NCBI GenBank assembly: GCA_963708075.1
Contig: OY970194.1
Span: 2,176,001-2,240,000, forward strand
Length of the DNA stretch: 64,000 bases
Origin: Sedimentisphaerales bacterium
GTDB taxonomy: Bacteria; Planctomycetota; Phycisphaerae; Sedimentisphaerales; Anaerobacaceae
Direction of reading: 5' to 3'
In this document: one piece after another, positions 20,276 through 28,150 of the stretch
Layout: each line of letters opens with the position of its first letter
Numbering within the stretch: the stretch's first letter is position 1
Made by a program: the position numbers and the translations under genes
Notes under the pieces: model-generated
Seen by the model: only the letters and a program-made list of their open reading frames with translations
Told to the model about the DNA's origin: nothing
Databases searched by the model: none

Positions 20276-21446
20276 GCCACAGGTACTGATCGATCAGGAG
20301 CTGGAGCGAACGCTCATGCCGCCGCCGATCGAGCCCCCGGCGCAGCCTCGGGCACAGCGAGCCGAGAACGTCCGCGGAATCGGCACGAAGGCCTTGTGTC
20401 GTTTCGTGCGCCAGTTGTCCACACTTCTTCACGCCGGCATGCCGCTCGTGCCTGCCCTTTCGGCCCTCGTGGAGCAAATGCAGTGCCCCGCCAATCCCAG
20501 GGGCAGGCGATGGAGGACGGCTCCAGACCCGCTGGCACAAATCGTCGAGCGGGTTCGGGACAGCGTCAACGAAGGCCACAGCCTGGCGGAATCTCTGAGC
20601 CGGTATCCCGGCCTGTTCTCACCGCTGTTCGTCAACATGGTGTCGGCGGGAGAGAGAAGCGGCGCCATGGAAGAGGTGCTGTCGCGCCTGGCGGATATCC
20701 TGGAAAGACGAGTGCAGTTGCTCGGCAAGATCAAATCGGCCATTGCCTACCCGGCCATGATGGCTCTGGTCGCGGTGGGCGTCGTCGTCTTCCTGCTATC
20801 ATACGTGGTGCCGAACATCACCCGGCTGTTCACCGAGATGAATCAGCAACTGCCCCTGCCGACGCGGCTGCTCATGGGAGCCAGCAGCGCCGTGCAGACC
20901 TATTTCGTCCTGGTGCTTGCCCTGCCCTGCCTTGCCGCCGCCGGTGTGTATGCAATCGGCAGGACCCGCGAGGGAAAACAGCGGATGGATCACATCAAGC
21001 TCGCCCTGCCGTTATTTGGGCCGCTGCTGCTGAAGCTGGAAGTGGCGCGATTGACGAGAACCCTGGGCACCTGCATGAAGAGCGGCATCCCGGTGACCAC
21101 CGCCATGGACATTGCCCGGCGCGTCGTCCAGAACCAGGTCATCGCCGGCGCCGTCGCCAGGATCGAGGACCAGATTCAGAGGGGCGACACAATCGCCAAT
21201 GCCCTGCGATCGACGGGCATGTTCCCGCCGGTCGTCTTTCATCTGCTCGCCACCGGCCAGATGACCGGCAGCATTGAAAATGCCATGACGGATATCGCTG
21301 AAATGTATGAAATCGAGGTCGAGAATTCCGTCAGAACGCTCACGACGCTTCTCGAACCTCTGATCCTGCTCGTGATGGGCGCCGTCGTCGGCTTCATCGT
21401 CCTGTCGGTCCTGCTGCCCATCTACCAGATCAACCAGGCCCTGTAA
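20262..21446 (+). CDS. gspF: Type II secretion platform protein GspF
   Basis: RQLSTLLHAGMPL, GERSG, AIAYP, LPLPTR, LLEPLI. Confidence 0.95.
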   Translation: MPAAEPQVLIDQELERTLMPPPIEPPAQPRAQRAENVRGIGTKALCRFVRQLSTLLHAGMPLVPALSALVEQMQCPANPRGRRWRTAPDPLAQIVERVRDSVNEGHSLAESLSRYPGLFSPLFVNMVSAGERSGAMEEVLSRLADILERRVQLLGKIKSAIAYPAMMALVAVGVVVFLLSYVVPNITRLFTEMNQQLPLPTRLLMGASSAVQTYFVLVLALPCLAAAGVYAIGRTREGKQRMDHIKLALPLFGPLLLKLEVARLTRTLGTCMKSGIPVTTAMDIARRVVQNQVIAGAVARIEDQIQRGDTIANALRSTGMFPPVVFHLLATGQMTGSIENAMTDIAEMYEIEVENSVRTLTTLLEPLILLVMGAVVGFIVLSVLLPIYQINQAL

Positions 21447-21447
21447 C

Positions 21448-21535
21448 TATTGATTATTGATTATGGATCATTGATTATTGGATAGGACTACCAGCCATGA
21501 ACAAATCATCAATCATCAATCATCAATCATCAATC
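21448..21535. repeat. Inverted heptamer arrays (TTGATTA)n / (AATCATC)n around the gspG start
   Basis: Left arm 21448-21480; right arm 21503-21535 encodes SSIINHQSSI. Confidence 0.9.
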
Positions 21536-21946
21536 GCGAAGGGTTTCACACTGATCGAGCTGATGATCGTGGTCGTGATCCTGGGTCTGCTGGCGACGAT
21601 TGTCATGCCGAAGATTCTGAACCGGCCGGAGCAGGCCCGCCGCGTCAAGGCAAAGGTCGATATCCGCAATATCCAGTCGGCCTTGGCATACTTCAAAACG
21701 GATGTCGGACGCTTCCCGACCACCTCCGAAGGACTCGAGGCGCTCGTGAACAACCCGGGCCTGCGGGGCTACGACAACGACGGTTATCTCGAACGCGTCC
21801 CGCTGGACCCGTGGAGCCACAAGTACGTCTATATCAGCCCGGGAATCAAGAGCAAAGAGTACGATCTCAAGTCGTTTGGGAAAGACGGTGAGGAGGGCGG
21901 TGCAGGTGACGACAGCGACGTGGAAAGCTGGAATATCGAGAGCTGA
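21497..21946 (+). CDS. gspG: Major pseudopilin GspG
   Basis: KGFTLIELMIVVVILGLLA, FPTTSEGLEALV, PLDPW, SFGKDGEEGG. Confidence 0.97.
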   Translation: MNKSSIINHQSSIAKGFTLIELMIVVVILGLLATIVMPKILNRPEQARRVKAKVDIRNIQSALAYFKTDVGRFPTTSEGLEALVNNPGLRGYDNDGYLERVPLDPWSHKYVYISPGIKSKEYDLKSFGKDGEEGGAGDDSDVESWNIES

Positions 21947-22349
21947 GGATCGCCCCCGCGCATCCAGGGCGTTCACGTTGATCGAGGTGATTGCCGCATT
22001 GGCGATCGTCTCGATCGCGCTGTTGGGCCTGCTCCAGTTTCATTTGATGAACGTCAGAATTACGGACACGGCCAGAACGACGGCGTTGGCGGTCCTTGTG
22101 GCCCAGGAAAGGGCGGCCGAGGCAGCCAGTGGCGGATGGCCGGCAGTCGGCGCGAAATCGGGCACGACAGAAATGGATGGCTCGCAGTTCAACTGGCGGG
22201 CGGAGGTGACCAACTTCGATACGCTTGCGTCCTGCGGCATTGGGCACAACGCCTTGCGGCAACTGTCTGTCAGCGTTACGTGGCACGATGGTCCGGGCTC
22301 AAGAACCGTCCAAACGACAACCTATCTCGCGGATCATAGAATCCCATGA
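21876..22349 (+). CDS. gspI: Minor pseudopilin GspI (start codon uncertain)
   Basis: RAFTLIEVIAALAIVSIAL; position between gspG and gspJ. Confidence 0.8.
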   Translation: MGKTVRRAVQVTTATWKAGISRAEDRPRASRAFTLIEVIAALAIVSIALLGLLQFHLMNVRITDTARTTALAVLVAQERAAEAASGGWPAVGAKSGTTEMDGSQFNWRAEVTNFDTLASCGIGHNALRQLSVSVTWHDGPGSRTVQTTTYLADHRIP

Positions 22350-23068
22350 GCCGTAGGAACAATGCGGGTTTCACATTGCTGGAGATGCTCATCGCATTGA
22401 CGATCATCGCGACGATTCTGGCCATGGTGTACGGCAGTTTCGCGGCGACGACACGCTCCATCGATGCCTCCGGGGCTAGCCTGGCGCGCGTCGAGCGAGC
22501 TTGCTTCGCTCTGCGTCTGATGAGCCGGCAGGTCCGCTGCGCCTACGCCCCACACTCGCACGAGACGAGGATGGCAGGTGATTCCGGGTCGATGTTTGAA
22601 GCCGCCGAGACTTCTCTGCGTGCACCGTCCATATTGTTTCGAGGCGGTTCTCGCGACCCGCGTGGCGAGGTCCTGTCGTTCGTCACCGGCAGCGGACTCG
22701 GTACAAGCCCGGATGCCCCCCGCGGGCTTTTCCGCGTAACCTATTGCTATGATCGGGCGGCCTCCACACTCGCCATCCGCAGGCAGGGGCAGGCGGACTC
22801 ATCTGCAAGTCAGCCGAATTCGAGACATTCAGACTTGCTGTTGAGCAACGTCACGAACGTGGAGTTGGAATTTCATGACGGGCGGCAGTGGCAGCAGACG
22901 TGGGACGCCGTTCAGAAACACGAGCTGCCGCGGGCAGTCAAGGTGGAGATTACGGTCACTGATGAAGCGGGCCGCCCGCATTCGCTCGGGACCGCCATCC
23001 CCATAACCCAAGAGACGTATCCTGAATCCAGGAACACCAAACGAGCTGTGGCGGCCGGGCAACCATGA
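22346..23068 (+). CDS. gspJ: Minor pseudopilin GspJ
   Basis: AGFTLLEMLIAL; C-terminal WQQTWD...LPRAVKVEI. Confidence 0.88.
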   Translation: MSRRNNAGFTLLEMLIALTIIATILAMVYGSFAATTRSIDASGASLARVERACFALRLMSRQVRCAYAPHSHETRMAGDSGSMFEAAETSLRAPSILFRGGSRDPRGEVLSFVTGSGLGTSPDAPRGLFRVTYCYDRAASTLAIRRQGQADSSASQPNSRHSDLLLSNVTNVELEFHDGRQWQQTWDAVQKHELPRAVKVEITVTDEAGRPHSLGTAIPITQETYPESRNTKRAVAAGQP

Positions 23069-24054
23069 AATCGAATATGCCGGAAACTAATCGCAACGGA
23101 TTCATCCTTATTGTGGTGCTCGGCGCCATTGTGGCGCTTTCGGCCCTGCTATTTGGCTTCCACCGCACCGTCCGGGCGAAGCTGGGCACGGTGCACAGTT
23201 TCTATCTGGCGGAACAGGCGGGCAACTGCGCGCGTGCCGGCCTGAACGTCGCGGTGGCCGCGGTCAGAGCCTCGCAGGACCTTTGTTACGACAGCCGGTT
23301 CTCGAAGCTGGTCACAGGCGAGACCTTGATCCCCATTGCCGGGGGGACCTGCTCCGTGACGGTCGTCGAGGAGAGCGGCTTGCTGAACATCAATTGCCTG
23401 AAACGTCCGACCGGCGAGCTTGACCGCACGCGGATCGACCAACTCCTGCGGCTGATCGACCTGTTGAACCACCAGGAGTCCGATGCACCACAGATCGAGT
23501 ACGGGATCGTACCGGCCATCATTGACTGGACTGACCGCGATAACGACCTGACGCACCTGCCATTCGTACAGCGCGACAATCTCGGCGCAGAGGAGGATCA
23601 TTACAGGACGGTGAATCCGCCCCGCCGGTGCAGGAACGGGCCCGTGGATGTCATTGACGAGTTGCTGCCGGTCAAGGGTATGACGCCGGATGCGCTGGCA
23701 CGACTGCGGGACCTGCTGACAACCTTCGGCGATGGCAAGGTCAACATCAACGCGGCGCCGAAGCTGGTGCTGGAGTCCTTGAACGAGCAGATGAATCCGG
23801 CCGTGGTCCAGATGATCCTGAACCGACGCCGGCTCAAGCCATTTGCCAACATCGCGGAACTGAGAGAGATGCCCGGCATGACCGATAATCTCTACCGGGC
23901 GATAAAAGATACGATCACCACCGGGCAGGAGGAACGGTATTACCGCGTGCTTTCCGGAGGAACTGTCGAGGATCTGAGCATCACCGTCGAAGCCGTATTA
24001 CGAAGAAATACAAAGGCCGGAAATGTCGATATTGTCCAGTATAGAGAACTTTAG
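23065..24054 (+). CDS. gspK: Minor pseudopilin GspK
   Basis: GFILIVVL, ESGLLNIN, AIIDWTDRD, ELLPVKGM, KVNINAAP. Confidence 0.93.
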   Translation: MKSNMPETNRNGFILIVVLGAIVALSALLFGFHRTVRAKLGTVHSFYLAEQAGNCARAGLNVAVAAVRASQDLCYDSRFSKLVTGETLIPIAGGTCSVTVVEESGLLNINCLKRPTGELDRTRIDQLLRLIDLLNHQESDAPQIEYGIVPAIIDWTDRDNDLTHLPFVQRDNLGAEEDHYRTVNPPRRCRNGPVDVIDELLPVKGMTPDALARLRDLLTTFGDGKVNINAAPKLVLESLNEQMNPAVVQMILNRRRLKPFANIAELREMPGMTDNLYRAIKDTITTGQEERYYRVLSGGTVEDLSITVEAVLRRNTKAGNVDIVQYREL

Positions 24055-24082
24055 AAACAGCCGGTCACGGCTGAGGCGCGTC

Positions 24083-25555
24083 ATGATCAAGAGGTGTATT
24101 GGCATAGACGTCGGTCGCACTTACGTGCGTGCCGTGCAGATGGCTCGAACGCCGGAGGGGCTTGTCCTCGAGAAGGCGTTCGGCATGCAGACACGCCGCA
24201 GCACTGACTCCATGCCCAAAATCCTCCAGTCCCTTACGACGGAGCACGGCTTCGATCAGCACGCAGACGTGGCGGTCTCCATGCCCTCTCAGGCTGTATC
24301 CTTCGTGGAGATACAGACCGATGCGCCGGGACTGCAGGCGATGAAGGCGGGGCAGACGCTCGGCCTGCGAAACGACCTGCCCATTCCCGTCGAGGATGCT
24401 ATTATCCACCTATGCTCCGTGCGAACGCTGCCGAAGGATGCGTACAGCGTCCTGGTGGCTGTCACATCGACCGAGTCGATCCGGGAGCAACTGCAATCGC
24501 TCAGCGAGGCGAACATCCGGCCCGTGACCGTCGATTCCTCCATCATGGCAATGCTTGCCGCCCTGGCGGTGAATCATCCTGAGGTGATGATTGGAACAGC
24601 ACTGATCCTCTGCGTCGATGAATCGGTCCTTACCCTGGCGGTGATTCAGGAAGGGAGCATCCTGATCGTCAGGAACATCCCCGTCTATTGTGAAGAAGGC
24701 GCACAACTCTCCGCAGGGCAGACAGCCGAGATCGTCGAGCGCAAGGTCGGGATCACATGGCAGAGACTGTTCGGCGCCGACCCGGACGGCAGTCTGTATG
24801 TCGCCCTGGTTTCCGCGCCCAAGGCAGCCGAGCAACTCGTGCCGGCGCTGCGGGAGAAGATCGAATGCCGGATTCTCGTTGCAGACCCGTATGCCAAAGT
24901 CAAACGATCCGGCGACAAAGCGGACGCGGATTTCCCGCTGTGCACCGCGGAGGGGCTTGCCCTGCGGGCACTGGCCCCGGATTCAGAAGATCGCTGTGAT
25001 TTTCTCGCCGCTTATGACAGGCGGATGCACCCCGGCTGCCGCATCAGGAAGGAGTTGATCGCGTGCGCCGCGATGGTAGTGGTGACGGCGGCCATCTGGT
25101 TCCTGGGACTCTTCGTTCGCCTTTCCGCTCTCGAGTCTGAATACGGCCAACTGAAGAACCGAATTCAAACCGTATTCTACCAGGCCCTGCCACAGGAGAA
25201 GAACATCGTGGATCCCCTAGCCCAGATCCAGCAGAAGCTTGACGCCTTCCGCAAGGAGTATGAGGTATTCTCCTCCTTCCGGCCCGGGCGGTTCTCCCCC
25301 CTGGAGATCATGTACGCGCTGACCATCCAGACTCCCAAGGAGGGAAACCTGAAGTTCCACGACCTGCTCATCACGACAGATTCCGTGCAGGCCATGGGGA
25401 CCTGTGATTCGTTCGCCGTGGTCTCCGACTGGGAACGACGGCTGCAACAGGTTCCCGGGTTCGACGTTGTCGATATTCAGGACCAGAAAAAGGACGCCAG
25501 GACCGGGCAGGTCCAGTTCACCCTGTCCGTCGCGTCCTCGCGGATGGAGCAATAG
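24083..25555 (+). CDS. gspL: GspL/PilM-PilN-like assembly protein
   Basis: Actin-like N-terminus IGIDVG..VRAVQ, one TM, periplasmic C-terminal domain; follows gspK. Confidence 0.8.
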   Translation: MIKRCIGIDVGRTYVRAVQMARTPEGLVLEKAFGMQTRRSTDSMPKILQSLTTEHGFDQHADVAVSMPSQAVSFVEIQTDAPGLQAMKAGQTLGLRNDLPIPVEDAIIHLCSVRTLPKDAYSVLVAVTSTESIREQLQSLSEANIRPVTVDSSIMAMLAALAVNHPEVMIGTALILCVDESVLTLAVIQEGSILIVRNIPVYCEEGAQLSAGQTAEIVERKVGITWQRLFGADPDGSLYVALVSAPKAAEQLVPALREKIECRILVADPYAKVKRSGDKADADFPLCTAEGLALRALAPDSEDRCDFLAAYDRRMHPGCRIRKELIACAAMVVVTAAIWFLGLFVRLSALESEYGQLKNRIQTVFYQALPQEKNIVDPLAQIQQKLDAFRKEYEVFSSFRPGRFSPLEIMYALTIQTPKEGNLKFHDLLITTDSVQAMGTCDSFAVVSDWERRLQQVPGFDVVDIQDQKKDARTGQVQFTLSVASSRMEQ

Positions 25556-26115
25556 ATGATAGTTCTGACGAAACGAGAACGATTGCTTGCCCTCGGCCTG
25601 ACGGCCGGCATCAGCGTATTATCCCTGTATGCCATGGTGATCCGGCCCACCTATCACCGGATCCGGACGCTCGAACGCATCATCCCCGAGAAGCAGAGGG
25701 AACTGCACGCGCTGGAGGCCAAGAGCGTCGAATACATCACAATATGTAAGGGCTTTGAAGACTTTCGGGCCAAGGCGGCCGCCCAGGACCCAAACTTCCA
25801 GCTCCTGCCCTACCTGGAAACGCTCCTTGGGAAGCACGGACTCGACAAGAACGTCGTGAACATGGCGCCGGACAGCCTCCAACTGCAGCCTGGCTACGCG
25901 GAAACCGTCGTGAAAATCGAGCTTGACGGCGTCTCCCTGAAACAACTCGTCGGCTTTCTCAAAGAGATCGAGACCTCCAAGGTCTGGCGCAGATCGGAAG
26001 CCTGCACATCCGCAAGAACCCCACCAGCGACGCCCTGCTCGATTCCACCGTCGAAATCCACGGCCCGCAACCTGCCCAGAGCCCCGTGGTCCTTGATTTC
26101 AAAAGGCGTCCCTGA
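25556..26115 (+). CDS. gspM: GspM-like protein; frameshift near 25984
   Basis: LTKRERLL + TM, VKIELDGVSLKQLVGFLKEIE. The shifted frame continues AQIGSLHIRKNP...LLDSTVEI to TGA 26115. Confidence 0.8.
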
Positions 26116-26380
26116 GCCATCACCTGCATTGTATCCGCTCTATGGAACGACAACCCGGAATCCTGCTGTGGAATCGCACCTTTTCATCCCAGCGGGCGCC
26201 TTGTGCCGGTGCGTTTTCCGCCCACTCCGAGCCGAGAAAAATCTCCAAAATTTTTTGCACATAAAGTATTGCTTTTCGTACGGGTGCGCATACGATGGTT
26301 CCGGCGTTGGCAGGCTGGCTCGCGTGGAGTCCGCCTGTCGAGAGAACAGTTCAGAAACCTGTTTTAGAGGTGGTAATCGA

Positions 26381-26635
26381 ATGTGTGATGCATGCGGATG
26401 CACCCCCTGTACTGAGTGCGGCGCTCCCGTAGAAGACGGCGTTTGCTCCGGCTGCGGCGAGAAGCCAGGCAACTGCACCTGCGAGCCGCTCGAAGAAGAG
26501 CTCGCTTTCGAAGAGGAGGACTACGAGGACGAGGACGAAGATCTCGAGGATGAAGACGAGGAGGAAGAAGAAGAAGAAGAAGAAGAGGACGAGGACGAGG
26601 AAGAGGAAGAAGAGGAGGACGAAAAGGATTGGTAG
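26381..26635 (+). CDS. 84-aa protein with a 9-Cys N-terminus and poly-Asp/Glu tail
   Basis: GAGGTGG + ATG 26381; MCDACGCTPCTECGAPVEDGVCSGCGEKPGNCTCEP followed by an acidic run. Confidence 0.8.
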   Translation: MCDACGCTPCTECGAPVEDGVCSGCGEKPGNCTCEPLEEELAFEEEDYEDEDEDLEDEDEEEEEEEEEEDEDEEEEEEEDEKDW

Positions 26636-26879
26636 TGCGTAGTCTTACCAGCCTCTCCGGCTTTGCAGGAACCTGGCACGCCTCGACAACAGAAGTGTGC
26701 GTGGAGCGATTGCTTCGGACGGTCATCGCCGGATGACCTGCCTTGCTGTGCGAGGGGATCAGGATGGCCGTGATCCTCACGTCACAAGGGGATTATGCAC
26801 ACCATTACGGCCTGCATGGCGTCTGCCGGTAAAGGAAACGCAGAGGCGGTCGCACGAAGTGATTGGGTGATCGAATGTC

Positions 26880-26910
26880 AAGGGCCCCGTCGCAGAACGG
26901 GGCCCTTCTT
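26880..26910. terminator. Hairpin between convergent genes, probable terminator
   Basis: 11-bp stem AAGGGCCCCGT / ACGGGGCCCTT followed by T-rich bases. Confidence 0.7.
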
Positions 26911-26932
26911 ATTGGCATTTTTCAACCAGCGG

Positions 26933-27136
26933 TCAGCAAGGCCGAACGTCCGTTGCCTCTTGACCTTTTCGACCCGGCGCCGGAGTGTATTCCACAGCCT
27001 GACCTTCCTGGAGCGACTTGAACCCGTCTCCAGAGATCTTCGAATGATGGACAAACAGATCCTCACCGCCGTCATCCGGAGTGATGAAGCCAAAACCCTT
27101 CTTTTCGTTGAACCACTTGACTGTTCCTCTTGCCAC
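26933..27136 (-). CDS. Cold-shock protein (CspA family)
   Basis: [40 protein letters not shown]. Confidence 0.97.
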   Translation of the reverse strand: MARGTVKWFNEKKGFGFITPDDGGEDLFVHHSKISGDGFKSLQEGQAVEYTPAPGRKGQEATDVRPC

Positions 27137-27241
27137 CTGTTCTTCTCCTTAGACCCACAGGGTCTATACAGCTCTTTCCCTCAGATCGTGACCAGGGGTA
27201 TCCTTCGAGGGAGGTAAGTATACTCCTTGACATAGGCCCGC

Positions 27242-27270
27242 ATTATACCCGCCGCCGGGGCTGGAGTCAA
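27242..27270 (-). promoter_or_regulatory. Sigma70-type promoter of the cold-shock gene
   Basis: TTGACT-17 nt-TATAAT, giving a leader of about 100 nt. Confidence 0.8.
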
Positions 27271-27574
27271 ACAATAACTGTCACGGCCTGGTTTGGGCAA
27301 CCCGCCCCGACACACGCCGCTCAGCGCAAGACATTGTGGCTACTCAGGTTACGGGGACAACAGGCGAGCGTACGACAGGCAGACAATTTCTTCACGCAAC
27401 GATTGACGGGGACATTGTCACGGGGCCAGCGAGGTGCGGTACCCGGGTGAACCGGCAATCTCAAGAGTCTCGAGCAGGCCGACCCCCGCGCATACTCATC
27501 GTGCCCCTGCTGTACCTCATGATTCCCAGGAGAGATCGCGACGCCTGCTCCGCGTCAGCCTGGACAGGATCGTC

Positions 27575-27793
27575 TTATGCCTTGGTCTTGAAGCAGTCGC
27601 CCCGCCAGCAACATTGCGTCCACGGGCAACTGCCGTTGGACCGGCCGTAACAGGGCGTGCACCCTTCCGCCTTCTGGATAGCATGGACCAGCTCAGTCTT
27701 CTTCATCTTGCTGCCATCAATCCCGAGTGCTTTCGCCTTGATCTTGATGTCCGACATGGTCATCGGTTTCGGTGCTACGTTTATCATAGTCAT
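27575..27793 (-). CDS. Small SAP/Rho-N-like protein with Cys-rich C-terminus
   Basis: AAGGAG RBS; IKIKAKALGI...MKKTELVHAIQKAEG, then CTPCY...C...CCWRGDC. Confidence 0.85.
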   Translation of the reverse strand: MTMINVAPKPMTMSDIKIKAKALGIDGSKMKKTELVHAIQKAEGCTPCYGRSNGSCPWTQCCWRGDCFKTKA

Positions 27794-28150
27794 CCTTGTT
27801 CTCCTTCTACTACAACTCCGATCAACGCCCGGGATCTTTTCCCGGGGCGTGTGTGATTCGCTGTGTTCACAAACGGCACTCGGCAAATCAGTTGTGCTTC
27901 GCGATCTCTTGCCATTGTGCCGGTATAACCCACAATATTTTTCGGCCAATTACGGCTCAATTCACCAGTCGCTTTCCGGAAAAAGCCCGTGTTTTGGCCG
28001 CTTTCGCCCGGCAACCGCATTTCTCCAATTCCTTGCGTTTTTTTCTCGGGCCTACAGCAGACTCTCGGTGCTCCCGCGAGGCTCTTTTTCTGTTGATGGG
28101 AAGACGGCCTTGTGGTAGTAGCATCGGCAAAGACTTTGTCGGAGATGGTT

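Noticed and set aside
25556..26635. Apparent GspM fused to a Cys-rich/acidic tail
   Set aside because: A frameshift near 25984 causes read-through of intergenic DNA; these are two separate genes.
27270..27570. Repeated ACGGGGACA/GACATTGT words upstream of the cold-shock promoter
   Set aside because: Too short and irregularly spaced to support a binding-site or RNA call.
27884..27896. 13-mer CAAATCAGTTGTG shared with the reverse strand near 34426-34438 as a common operator
   Set aside because: Matches of this length are expected by chance in 64 kb, and it is not palindromic.
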